Source: an uncultured delta proteobacterium
GTDB taxonomy: Bacteria > Desulfobacterota > Binatia > UBA9968
Assembly (NCBI GenBank): GCA_963804165.1
Contig: CAWDPO010000024.1
Coordinates: forward strand, 160,001 to 224,000
Length of the DNA: 64,000 nucleotides
Direction of reading: 5' to 3'
The notes under the pieces are model-generated. The model was not told where the DNA came from. It saw nothing but the letters and a program-made list of their open reading frames with translations, and ran no database searches. Each line of letters opens with the position of its first letter. Position 1 is the first letter of the stretch. Position numbers and translations under genes: made by a program. Of this stretch, positions 30,656 to 40,730 are shown one piece after another.

Positions 30656-31699
30656 GTGCCTATAAAAAAATATCCTCTAGAGGCCCGCCGGACGCCAAAT
30701 TTCCGGCGCCTTTTTTTATTTGCAGCGTTAAGCCTCTTCCTCAGGGTCCCTGCTTGGCCGCAAGAATACAAGCCAAGCGAGGCCGCCAGAAAAGACGGCA
30801 AAGTGGTCGTGTATGGCTCACTCGAAGACGAGCAGTTCACACGCATCAAGAACAACTTTGAAAAGAAAACTGGAATCACGATCGACTACTGGAGAGCGTC
30901 CAATGCAAAAATCCTGGACCGGGCAATCACCGAACATCGGGCCCGAAAGCCGCTCTTTGACGTGATACTGAACAATGAAGACCCGATGCAAATCATGCTT
31001 CAAGAGGGAATCCTTGCCAAATTTGATTCTCCATCGATCAAGAATTTTTCCAAAGACACGATTCACCCTGAGCTGGGCGTGAGGTATCGCAATGTAATTA
31101 TCGGCATCGTTTACAACAACGAAGTCGTCAAGCCTGCGGAAGCTCCCAGATCGCTCGATGATCTGGTTAAACCTCAATACAGAGGAAAGTTGGTGATGCC
31201 TGATCCGACACAACATTCTCTCACGACGCAGTGGCTCGCCAGCCTGCACAGGATCATGGGAAAAGACAAGGCGGACAGGTTCATACGCGATCTGGCTGCA
31301 GCCAGGCCGGCCCTGGTGGAATCCGTCAGTCCCGCGGCGGACCGCGTCGTCTCCGGGGAAACGCCGATCGCTATTGCGTTCGTGAAGTTTGCCTTTGAAT
31401 ACGGCAGAAAGGGTGCGCCCATCGACTATGTGCGTCTAGGCAAGATGCTGGGTGACGGCCATTATGTCGCCCTTAGCGCCAAGGCGGCGCGTCCGGATGC
31501 GGCCAAAGCTTTTGTCGACTTCTTCCTTGGGGAAGAGAGCATGAAAATCATGGCTGAGATGGGCGAGTTCGTAAGCCGAAAAGGAATTTACCCGCCGCTG
31601 AAAGACGCAGACAAGATTGAATTCGTGCCAATGGATCATCTCGGGACCAAAGGTTTTGCGGAAAAAAAGCAAGAGTACAGGAAGCTCTTTCTCCAGTAA
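30656..31699 (+). CDS. Extracellular solute-binding protein (Fe3+/polyamine type)
   Basis: KDGKVVVYGS, IVYNN, APRSLDDL, GAPIDY, AAKAFVDF. Confidence 0.8.
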   Translation: MPIKKYPLEARRTPNFRRLFLFAALSLFLRVPAWPQEYKPSEAARKDGKVVVYGSLEDEQFTRIKNNFEKKTGITIDYWRASNAKILDRAITEHRARKPLFDVILNNEDPMQIMLQEGILAKFDSPSIKNFSKDTIHPELGVRYRNVIIGIVYNNEVVKPAEAPRSLDDLVKPQYRGKLVMPDPTQHSLTTQWLASLHRIMGKDKADRFIRDLAAARPALVESVSPAADRVVSGETPIAIAFVKFAFEYGRKGAPIDYVRLGKMLGDGHYVALSAKAARPDAAKAFVDFFLGEESMKIMAEMGEFVSRKGIYPPLKDADKIEFVPMDHLGTKGFAEKKQEYRKLFLQ

Positions 31700-31766
31700 A
31701 AGCAGCCTGGAGCCCGGCGATAGGATCACAATCCCGGCACTATGAGGTCTTCCCAGAGGAAGCGAA

Positions 31767-32405
31767 ATGACCGACACACGAAACCCAACCAATGGGAAAA
31801 GCCAACGGGTTCGAAGGCAGGATATCCTCGTCCAATTGGGAACGTTTCTCAACGATCGTGACATACTGGTCGCGGCGCTCGCCGGCACGACCAATGAGTG
31901 TTTTCATACTTTGCACCGTCCAGGAAACCTCTATCTAGTCGGCATGGGCATGGTGACGCCGGTGGCCTTTGGGCTCGCGAAAGCTCTTCCCAACCGACGA
32001 ATCGTCGCTCTGGACACCGACGGCGGCCTGCTGCTCGCGCCGAGTATTCTTCCGGTGGTCAGCACCTACAAGCCGAACAATCTTTGCATTGTGGTATTCG
32101 ACAACGAGCAATTGTACGGCAGCCGCGGTGGGCCGTCGAGCCAAACCGCCCACGGCTCCGATCTGGCCGGCATTGCCACGGCCGCCGGAATCGGCATGAG
32201 TTCGACGGTCGAGACCGTCGATGGGTTCGCCGCTGAGTTCTCGCGATTCACATCGGAGCGCGGACCGGCGCTGATTGTTTGCAAGATAGAGCCGATATAC
32301 GTCCGCGGCGAGGGGCCGAACTTCAACGGGCAGGAAAACAAGTTCCGTCTGGTTCGTTTCATCGAAGAAAGCGAAGGAATCAAGATATTGGAGGGATCGA
32401 AGTAA
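31767..32405 (+). CDS. ThDP-dependent decarboxylase beta subunit (sulfopyruvate/phosphonopyruvate decarboxylase ComE-like)
   Basis: GMG..AFGLA, ThDP motif DTDGG...VVFDN, YGSRGG. Confidence 0.75.
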   Translation: MTDTRNPTNGKSQRVRRQDILVQLGTFLNDRDILVAALAGTTNECFHTLHRPGNLYLVGMGMVTPVAFGLAKALPNRRIVALDTDGGLLLAPSILPVVSTYKPNNLCIVVFDNEQLYGSRGGPSSQTAHGSDLAGIATAAGIGMSSTVETVDGFAAEFSRFTSERGPALIVCKIEPIYVRGEGPNFNGQENKFRLVRFIEESEGIKILEGSK

Positions 32406-32470
32406 CCGTCGGCTATTCTTCGACGCTGTCGATATCTGCTCATTGTTCGGCAAATCATCAAAGGAGCGAA

Positions 32471-32971
32471 ATGAAAAACGAAGCCGCGAAGGAAGCTCTC
32501 GACGCGCTCATCCAATCGGGTATCGACTTCGCCGCGTGCATGCCGGATTCGGCGTTCAAAGAGCTCTACGAGCCGTTGAGCGCAGAGTCAAAAATCGAAT
32601 ATGTCCAGGTCGCCAATGAAGGCGACGGCGTGGGCATCTGCATGGGCGCCTGGCTGGGCGGCAAGAAGCCGGCGCTGCTTATGGAGAACACCGGTTTTGG
32701 AGTGACCACCTACGCCCTGATGCGCGGCCCGGTCCCCTTCGGCGTCCCGATGCTGTTGCTGATCGCTCATCGCGGCGGCTTTCACGACCAGCGCTGGTTT
32801 TCGGTGCCCTTCGGTTGGGGAACGGAGCCTTTACTCGATGCCATGAGAATCAGTTACGAAACGGTGGTGAGGACGGAGGACGTTCGCGCCGCTGTAACCG
32901 GTGCGGTGAAATCGATGAACTCCATGCAAGCTCCGGTGGCCGTGCTTCTCGCCGGCGGGACCCTATTTTGA
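32471..32971 (+). CDS. ThDP-dependent decarboxylase alpha subunit (ComD-like)
   Basis: RBS aaggag; MPDS, NEGDGVGICMGAWLGGKKP, MENTGF, HRG. Confidence 0.8.
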   Translation: MKNEAAKEALDALIQSGIDFAACMPDSAFKELYEPLSAESKIEYVQVANEGDGVGICMGAWLGGKKPALLMENTGFGVTTYALMRGPVPFGVPMLLLIAHRGGFHDQRWFSVPFGWGTEPLLDAMRISYETVVRTEDVRAAVTGAVKSMNSMQAPVAVLLAGGTLF

Positions 32972-33037
32972 CACATCGCGGAAGGAAGCCGCACAGGGAA
33001 AATTTCCCGCGCCGCCGCGATGAAGGAGAAATGACTT

Positions 33038-33883
33038 ATGATGGCCTATCCTTACGACGATGCGCGGATAATTGTGGCGCTGCAGATCGACCACTCGCGG
33101 GTGGCAGGCTACTTCGCGGCTCATTGGGGCAACCGACACTTCGATCGGCCCGAGCCTTATTCCTCCGTCGTATTGGCCGCCACCGAACACGACATCGGCT
33201 GGTGGGAGTGGGAAATGAAACCGTCGACGCTCAACGACAAGGGGTTTCCTCTCGACTATCACGACGGCAGCCTCAAATATCTCGGGCAACTCCGGCTCGA
33301 TTTCTATAAAAACTCGGTGGACCGCGTGCTCACCCGCGACCCCTACGCAGGGATGTTGATGGCGATGCACGGCGTCGCGCTGATGAACGCCGGCTATGGC
33401 AAATATGCTTATCCACCTGACCGCACTTCAGACCCGCGGGTGAAGGCGTATGTCGATCATCAGGAGGAGCTGCGTCTAAGACTGCTCGAACAGCTGCGCC
33501 AATCCGAACAGTTTAAGCAGCATTGTTCAGACGAGCATATATGGACCAACTACGAGTACATGGAGGTCTTCGATCAGTTGGCGCAGTTTGTCTGCAATCG
33601 TTATCCATTGAATAGCAAGGCGCGCAAACTCGGCCCGACCCATTCGTTGAACGACGTCGCTATACCGACGAAGCACGGCCAGCCGGCGGTGAAAATCGAT
33701 ATCGACACAGTCGGTGAAAACAAAGCTGTCCTGCGTCCCTATCCTTTTGATATCGATCCGCTACCGGTCTCATTTGCCGCGCGTCTGGTGCCGAACCGGA
33801 CGTACAAAGACGGCGAAGACTTTCTCGGCGAATTTTACCGCGCCGAGCGCATCACCGTGAATCACACGCTGGCGTCGGCGTGA
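33038..33883 (+). CDS. DUF3891-family protein (HD-like motif)
   Basis: QIDHSRVAGYFAAHWGN, EHDIGW, RDPYAG..MH, FDQLAQFVC, PYPF. Confidence 0.8.
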   Translation: MMAYPYDDARIIVALQIDHSRVAGYFAAHWGNRHFDRPEPYSSVVLAATEHDIGWWEWEMKPSTLNDKGFPLDYHDGSLKYLGQLRLDFYKNSVDRVLTRDPYAGMLMAMHGVALMNAGYGKYAYPPDRTSDPRVKAYVDHQEELRLRLLEQLRQSEQFKQHCSDEHIWTNYEYMEVFDQLAQFVCNRYPLNSKARKLGPTHSLNDVAIPTKHGQPAVKIDIDTVGENKAVLRPYPFDIDPLPVSFAARLVPNRTYKDGEDFLGEFYRAERITVNHTLASA

Positions 33884-33963
33884 TTCCGATCAACGAGACC
33901 GAAACTAAAACGTTCGGACATGGCACATTAGCCGACAGCTCCATTCCGTCGTTCCGGCTCTGA

Positions 33964-34086
33964 TCCTCCCCCTCGACGGGGGAGGACAAAGAGCCTGCCC
34001 CGGACTTGATCCGGGGTGGGGTGCTCAATTATTTCAATAGCGTGCATAGCACCCCCATCTGAATCTTCCCCCGTCAAGGGGGAAGA
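33964..34086. repeat. REP-like paired hairpins
   Basis: tcctccccctcgacgggggagga, ccccggacttgatccgggg, tcttcccccgtcaagggggaaga. Confidence 0.7.
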
Positions 34087-34142
34087 AGGAAGTGGTTCGC
34101 TCTGCTCATTATTCCCACTCCGACTGAAATTTTGATTAGACC

Positions 34143-34868
34143 ATGACCCAGCCAAACGAACACCAAGGCCGCATTGCGGTCATCACCGGCGGCGGTGGCG
34201 CTATCGGCGGCGCGATCGCGCGCCGGCTGCACGATGAAGGCGCCGCCGTGCACGTGCTCGACTCGAAACTGTCGCCTACATCGGGATGGCGCTTTCACAC
34301 GGTCGATGTCGCCGATGAATCGGCGGTCGGCACAACCTTCGACGCCATCGGCAACTTGGCGGGCAGGATCGATTATCTCGTCTGCTGCGCGGGGATCTAT
34401 CGCCCAATGCCTTTCTTGGAGCTTACTCTCGAAGACTGGCGGCAAACTCTACAAATTAATTTGACGGGCTACTTTCTCTGCTGTCGCGCCGCGCTCCGTT
34501 TCATGCGTCGGCAAAAATTTGGCCGGATCGTAATGTTTTCGTCGATGGCAGCGCGCACCGGAGGGGCGCAGGTCGCCCATTACGCCGCCTCAAAAGGCGG
34601 TATCCTCGGACTGGCGCGCTCTCTCGCAATGGAATCCGCCGCGGAAAATATTCGGGTCAACACCGTATCGCCGGTGATTACCGACACGCCGATGCCGCGG
34701 GCAGTATTATCCGATGAAGCAATGGAATCGCGAAAGGCACGCATTCCTTTGGGCCGCATCGGCCAAGTCGAGGACATGGCCGATGCCTGCATGTTTCTCT
34801 TGAGCGACGACAGCTCCTACGTGCTCGGCCAGGATCTCCGCGTCAATGGAGGCTCCACTTTGTGGTAG
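34143..34868 (+). CDS. Short-chain dehydrogenase/reductase (FabG-like)
   Basis: TGGGGAIG, YAASK, NTVSP. Confidence 0.9.
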   Translation: MTQPNEHQGRIAVITGGGGAIGGAIARRLHDEGAAVHVLDSKLSPTSGWRFHTVDVADESAVGTTFDAIGNLAGRIDYLVCCAGIYRPMPFLELTLEDWRQTLQINLTGYFLCCRAALRFMRRQKFGRIVMFSSMAARTGGAQVAHYAASKGGILGLARSLAMESAAENIRVNTVSPVITDTPMPRAVLSDEAMESRKARIPLGRIGQVEDMADACMFLLSDDSSYVLGQDLRVNGGSTLW

Positions 34869-35626
34869 AGCAGAGCAATCCACGCATAACGGTCATCACC
34901 GGCGCCGGCAGCGGCATTGGACGCGCAACCGCGCTGCGCCTTGCCCGTAAAGGCGACAAAGTGTGTCTTTGCGATCTCAGCGAAGCCGGACTCGAGGAGA
35001 CCGCGGCTCTCATTCAGTCGGACGGCAGCGCGGCATTCACTGGAATTGTCGACGTGCGCGATCAGGCGCAAGTGCAAGGTTGGATCGCAGAGATCATCGG
35101 AAGATTCGGCAAGATCGATTGTCTATTCAGCAACGCCGGAGTGAACGCTCGTTCCACGGTCGCTGACATGACACTGGCGCAGTGGTCTTTGTTGATCGAC
35201 ACTCACGTCACGGGTACCTTCAACTTTTGCCAGGCGGTCCTTCGGAACATGGTTGAACGACATTGCGGATCGATCGTGATTACGTCATCCGATTTCGCGA
35301 TTGTCGGCGTTCCCAACGCAGCGAATTACTGTGCGGCGAAGACGGCGTTGTATTCGCTGACGAAATCACTGGCGCTCGAATTCGCAATCCACGCCATCCG
35401 CGTCAATGCGATCGGCCCCGGTCCCATCGATACACCGTTGCTTCGCGCCGGAAGGACGCCGGAAGAATACGCCAACGCCCGCAACGTTTTCGAAAGCCGA
35501 CTGCCGATAAAGCGGCTCGGGCGGCCCGAGGAAGTCGCGGCGGTAGTCGATTTTCTGCTGAGCGACCGCGCTTCGTTTATTACCGGCCAGCTGGTCCAAC
35601 CCAACGGCGGCCAGGTAATGTGGTAG
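34862..35626 (+). CDS. Short-chain dehydrogenase/reductase
   Basis: TGAGSGIG, NAG, YCAAK, NAIGPG. Confidence 0.9.
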   Translation: MVEQSNPRITVITGAGSGIGRATALRLARKGDKVCLCDLSEAGLEETAALIQSDGSAAFTGIVDVRDQAQVQGWIAEIIGRFGKIDCLFSNAGVNARSTVADMTLAQWSLLIDTHVTGTFNFCQAVLRNMVERHCGSIVITSSDFAIVGVPNAANYCAAKTALYSLTKSLALEFAIHAIRVNAIGPGPIDTPLLRAGRTPEEYANARNVFESRLPIKRLGRPEEVAAVVDFLLSDRASFITGQLVQPNGGQVMW

Positions 35627-35729
35627 AAGCCCCCGCACTCCGCCGCTGCTTGGAAAACAGCGATTGATACGTGAAGCAATTGTTTCAGAAATAGGTTATT
35701 TCATTGAAAGCCACATGAACTGAGCGAAT

Positions 35730-36617
35730 ATGAAACCGGCAAAATTTGACTATCACGATCCGACTTCCATTGATGAAGCCCTAGAATTGATGGCGCAGTT
35801 CGGCGATCAAGCGCGCCCGCTTGCCGGCGGTCAGAGTCTCGTGCCACTGATGAATTTTCGACTCCTGCGGCCGGCGCATCTGATCGATCTGAACGGCGTC
35901 AACGAGCTCAGCTATTTGACAGTGGACGATGCCACGCTGCGCATCGGTGCGACGACCCGCCAGCGTGAGCTCGAACGTTCGGCTGAGATCGCCAAACGTT
36001 GGCCGCTGCTGCGCGACGCCGCTGCCTTTATCGGCCATATTCAAATACGCAACCGCGGCACGGTCGGCGGCAGTTTAGCGCACGCTTTTCCATCTGCCGA
36101 GCTGCCCGTGGCTATGGTGACGCTGGATGCGTCATTCGTTCTGTGCGACGAGGACAACCCGTCGCTCCGTGCGCGCTGAAGATTTTTTTCTTTCGTACAT
36201 GACCACCGCAATGCAGCCAGAAGAGCTGTTGTTGGAAATAAGCCGTCACAGCATTGCCGGCGAACACCGGTTGGTCGTACCAAGAAGTCAGCCGTCGACA
36301 TGGCGATTTTGCGCTGGCGGGAGCCGCCGCGGTCCTCGCTCTGGATGCAAACGGCTGCATCCACCATGCTCGCCTCACCCTCACCGGCACAACGCCGGTT
36401 CGCGCGACGCGAAGCGGAAGAGTTTTTGCTCGGACAAAAGCCTTCAGCAGCGCTGTTTCGCGACGCAGCGCGACGCGCAACTGACAACCTGGAACAGGAT
36501 TCCGACATTCACGCCAGCGCCGAATATCGTCGCGCCGCCTGCACGGCGCTGGCTGGCCGCGCGCTCATGCAAGCGGCACAACGCGCAGCCGAGCCCATGA
36601 AAGGAACGTCACAGTGA
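35730..36617 (+). CDS. Xanthine dehydrogenase-family FAD subunit (CoxM-like), frameshifted
   Basis: MKPAKFDY, LAGGQSL, QIRNRGTVGGS, RRHGDFAL, DIHASAEYR. Confidence 0.88.
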
Positions 36618-37093
36618 GCACCCGGCGGGTACGCCTAATTGTCAACGGGCACGAATACACCGGAGAAGTCGAACCACGCAAGCTTCTCACCGATTTCTTG
36701 CGCGACGATCTCGGACTCACGGGAACGCACGTTGGTTGTGAGCAGGGCGTTTGCGGCGCATGCACTGTTCTCTTGAACGGCGAGCCGGTGCGCTCATGCT
36801 TGCTCTTCGCCGTACAAATGAACGGCGCAGAGTTAAAAACCGTGGAAGGGATCGCGCCCAACGCAACCGAGCTGCACCCGCTTCAGGAAAAGTTCTGGGA
36901 GCTGCACGGCTTGCAGTGCGGTTTCTGCACGCCGGGAATATTGCTCACCGCGGAAGCCTTATTGAAAGAGATACCGAATCCGAGCGAAGGGCAAATTCGC
37001 GAATGGCTTAGCGGCAATTTGTGCAGGTGCACCGGCTATCAAAATATCGTCACCGCGATCCAGGAAGCGGCAAAGACACTGGCGGAGACGTAA
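36614..37093 (+). CDS. [2Fe-2S] subunit (CoxS-like)
   Basis: GCEQGVCGACTV, QCGFCTPG, NLCRCTGY. Confidence 0.92.
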   Translation: MSTRRVRLIVNGHEYTGEVEPRKLLTDFLRDDLGLTGTHVGCEQGVCGACTVLLNGEPVRSCLLFAVQMNGAELKTVEGIAPNATELHPLQEKFWELHGLQCGFCTPGILLTAEALLKEIPNPSEGQIREWLSGNLCRCTGYQNIVTAIQEAAKTLAET

Positions 37094-37122
37094 CATTCCG
37101 CAAGAAAGATATTAAGACATCC

Positions 37123-39429
37123 ATGGCGTACATCGGTTCGAGAGTTAAGCGCAAGGAAGACGTGAGGCTTTTGCGCGGCATCGGCAAATACGTCGGCGAT
37201 ATTCACCGCGCCGGCATGGTGCATGCAGCCATCTTACGCAGCACACATGCGCACGCGCGCATCGTCAAAATAGATGCGGCGGCGGCGCTGAAATTGCCTG
37301 GCGTTGTCGGCGTCCTCACGGCGGCCGACATGCCGGGACTGAAAACCATTCCGATGCGCACCGGAGTCATTCCCGGTTTAGAACGCTCGCAACAAACTCC
37401 GATTGCGACGACAAAAGTCCGTTACGTCGGCGATCCGATCGCCGTAGTCGTCGCGGAAAATCGTTATATCGCTGAGGACGCTCTCGAATTGATCGACGTT
37501 GAATACGCCGCGCTGGGAGCCGTCATCGATGCACGCGCGAGCATGCAACCGGGCGCGCCACAGCTCCACGACGCGACGCTGAACAACATCGCCGCCAACT
37601 TTCAGGTCAATGTCGGCGATGTCGATAGCGCCTTCCGCGACTCCGACCTAATCATCGAAGAAGAATTCTCGACCCAGCGTCACTCCGCGGTGCCGCTCGA
37701 AAATCGCGGCTTGGTCGCCGAGTGGGACGATGGACGCGGGCTCCTGACCATGTGGGGTCCGACCAAGATGACCCATACCAATTGGCGCATTCTTTCCGAA
37801 CTGATCGGTCTGCCACAGAGCTGTATTCACTTCATCGAGCCCGAAGTCGGCGGCGGCTTCGGCGCCCGCGGTGAATTCTATCCGGAAGATTTTCTGATTC
37901 CCTTCGCCGCCATGCATTTCCATAAACCGATTTGCTGGATCGAAGACCGTTCGGAGAACCTCAAGGCGATGAATCAGTCGCGCCAGCAAAATCATCGAGT
38001 AAAAATCGGTGTAAAAAAAGACGGCACGATCATGGCGATGGACGCAGAAATACTGTTCGACATGGGCAGCTACACGCGCACCCACGGCGGCGTCCCGGCC
38101 ATCGCCGCTTCGGCCATGCTGCGCGGTCCGTTTCGGGTAAAAAACTATCGCTGCAATGTTTTCTGCGTTCTGACCAACAAGACACCGTAGGCACCTACCG
38201 CAGCCCCGGACGCTACGAAGCGAATTTCGTGCGCGAACGGTTAATGGATATGGTCGCGCATCGCCTAAAGGTCGATCCCGCGGACGTAAGAAGACGCAAT
38301 CTGATCCGCCATGAAGAAATGCCCTATGATCTGGGCAAGCATCCTTTTCACTACATGGTTTATGACACCGGCGATTTGCCGGGTCAGTTCGAGCGCGCGC
38401 TCGAGCGCTTCGGCTATGAAGATCTCAAGGCCACCTGCGCCGCGGCAAAGCTCGAAGGCCGCGCCGTCGGCATCGGCATCGGCTGCTTCGTCGAAACCAG
38501 CGGCATCGGCCCGTGGGAGTACGCCCGGATCGAAGTCGACAATGCCGGTCAGGTCGTTCTTTACTCCGGCTGCAACTCAGTCGGCCAAGGCATCGCGACG
38601 GCGCTGAGCCAGATCGTTGCCGATGAGCTGCAAGTTGCCATAGAGAATGTGCGCGTCGTGCACGGCGACACGGCAAAAGTTCCCTATGGCAACGGCAGCA
38701 ACGCCAGCCGTTCCACCGTGATGGCCGGCAGCGCCGCGGTCGGCGCGTCGCGCAAAGTCAAAGACAAACTCTTGCGGCTGGCATCGGCTGGTTTGGAAAT
38801 CGACGCGGCGGATTTAATTTTGCGCGATGGCCACGTCATCGCCCGCGGCGCACCTGAGCGCGCTCTCAGCTTTAAAGAGCTCGCGCGCTTGGCGTTGCCC
38901 GGTCCGGCGCTCAAGAGCGGCATGACGCCCGGCATTTCCGAAGAAGATTTTTTCGCCACCGATAAGCGGCCTTTTCCTTACGGCGTGCACGTCGCGGCGG
39001 TGGAAGTTGACAAGGAAACCGGCAAAATCAAAATCCTCGATTATCTCGTGACTGAAGACGTCGGACGAAAAATCAATCCTATGATCATCGAAGGCCAAAT
39101 GGCCGGCGGTCTGGCGCAAGGAATCGGCGGGGCGATGCTGGAAGAGTTCGTTTACGATGAAGACGGCCAACCGTTGTCGACGAACTTCATGGATTATTTG
39201 CTGCCGACGGCGATGGAAGATGCCCAAAGCGCAGCTCATTTCGACCGAAGATTTTCCGAGCCCGCATAATCCGCTCGGCGTGAAAGGCGCGGGCGAAGGC
39301 GGCATCACCGCGGCGGGTGCGGCGTTGGCAAACGCCGTGTCCAATGCGTTGGGTGTCGAAGTCAAAAAATTGCCGCTCAAGCCGGACTACATTCTTCAGC
39401 TGATAAAAGACACAGAAGCCACAGGATAA
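37123..39429 (+). CDS. Molybdopterin-binding large subunit (CoxL/XdhA-like; not form I CODH), two frameshifts
   Basis: RKEDVRLLRG, VGGGFG, active-site loop TYRSPG, GQGIAT, EGQMAGG, KGAGEGG. Confidence 0.88.
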
Positions 39430-39467
39430 AATTCGAATTTCACCGATTGATCAAGAGTAAGATTGCG

Positions 39468-40433
39468 ATGACGGCTCACGAAATTATCGACGTCCACGCT
39501 CACGTCTACCCCGAAGGCTGTTTGACGGAAGTCATCAAGAGCCGTGCCGACTTCAAGGTCATCGACAGTCCGCGCGGCCGGTCGCTCGTGTATCACGGCA
39601 GCCACGTCATGTCGGTGCCCATCGAGCAAGAGAATTTGCCGAGGCGCCTGGCTTCCATGGATCAAGCGGGCATCGGTATGGCGATACTTTCGGTGGGCGC
39701 GCTGAATATCGGTTGGGCCGGCGCCGGCGACGCAGCGGCAGCGCGCTTCGTCAATGACGGGCTTGCCGCCGTTTGCCGGCAACATCCAACTCGTTTTCGA
39801 TTTGTCGCCGTGCTGCCGTGCACAAACCATGGCGAATTGACGAAGGAACTAGATCGCGCGCTCGGTCTGGGCGCCGTCGGAGTGGGCATCGCAACCAATG
39901 TCGGCGACTTTCAGCTCCACGCGCCTGAGCTTCGAAAGTTCTGGCGTGAGATGAGCCGCCGTAAGCTTATGGTGTTGGTGCACCCCACCTGCCCTTGCGA
40001 CGGGCCGCAGAACGATCCGGGAACTTTTCTATCCGTAGGATATCCGGGCGAAACCGCGATGGCGGCAACCAAGCTCGCTCTCTCCGGAATTCTCGAAGAG
40101 TGCCCCGACGCAAAAATCGTTTGGTCACACCTCGGCGGCGGTTTAGCGATGATCCTGGATCGCATCGATCGCGGCTATCAACGCTATTCGAATTGCCCGC
40201 ACCCGCCCAGTTACTATTTGCGTCGCTGCTACTTCGACACGGCGTGTATTCATGGTCCGGCGTTGGAATGCGCTCGCGCGACTTGGGGCGTCGACACACT
40301 GGTTTTCGGCACGGATGCGCCGCATGTGCCGAACGCCGAGAGGGCCACCGTCGCCGCATTAAAAAATACCGGATGGCCGGCGTCTGAGCTCGATAATATT
40401 TTTGGCGGGATGGTGCGCAAATTGATGGTGTAG
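39468..40433 (+). CDS. Amidohydrolase-2 family (ACMSD/decarboxylase-like)
   Basis: IDVHAH, VLVHP, HLGG, YFDT, FGTDAPH. Confidence 0.85.
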   Translation: MTAHEIIDVHAHVYPEGCLTEVIKSRADFKVIDSPRGRSLVYHGSHVMSVPIEQENLPRRLASMDQAGIGMAILSVGALNIGWAGAGDAAAARFVNDGLAAVCRQHPTRFRFVAVLPCTNHGELTKELDRALGLGAVGVGIATNVGDFQLHAPELRKFWREMSRRKLMVLVHPTCPCDGPQNDPGTFLSVGYPGETAMAATKLALSGILEECPDAKIVWSHLGGGLAMILDRIDRGYQRYSNCPHPPSYYLRRCYFDTACIHGPALECARATWGVDTLVFGTDAPHVPNAERATVAALKNTGWPASELDNIFGGMVRKLMV

Positions 40434-40440
40434 CAGATTT

Positions 40441-40505
40441 GTTCAAGGTTCAATGTTCAAGCGTTCAAGGTCAGAATCCCATTTTGAACTTTTGAGCCTT
40501 TAAAC
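40441..40505. repeat. Short heptamer-like repeats in inverted arrangement
   Basis: gttcaag/gttcaat/gttcaag...gttcaag followed by ttgaact/ttgagcc. Confidence 0.5.
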
Positions 40506-40530
40506 GATAAGCAAGGAGAGCGCGCAATTG

Positions 40531-40605
40531 ATGGTTTGTCCCTATGATGACGAACGGTTGTTGCTATTTCTGCAAGTCGATCACTCGACGGCTGCTGGAC
40601 TGGGA
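40531..40605 (+). pseudogene. N-terminal remnant of a third DUF3891 paralog
   Basis: RBS aaggag; MVCPYDDERLLLFLQVDHSTAAGL aligns with MAYPYDDARIIVALQIDHSRVAGY of 33038. Confidence 0.7.
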
Positions 40606-40730
40606 GATCAAGCCGCAGCTCAACGCGAAATCCGGGGCTAGTTAAAAAGAGAAATTACAGTATAGAATAACGTAAGTACCCGCGCTCTCACTTGGTGACT
40701 GAAACCTCTCTCGCTTACGGAGGATTGAAC

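Noticed and set aside
38185-38195. Recoded stop (Sec/Pyl) in the Mo subunit, given nearby selC
   Set aside because: The stop is TAG and the protein continues in a different frame, so it is a frameshift; no in-frame UGA selenoprotein candidate was noticed
35730-39429. Aerobic CO dehydrogenase
   Set aside because: No AYRCSFR motif and no cox accessory genes
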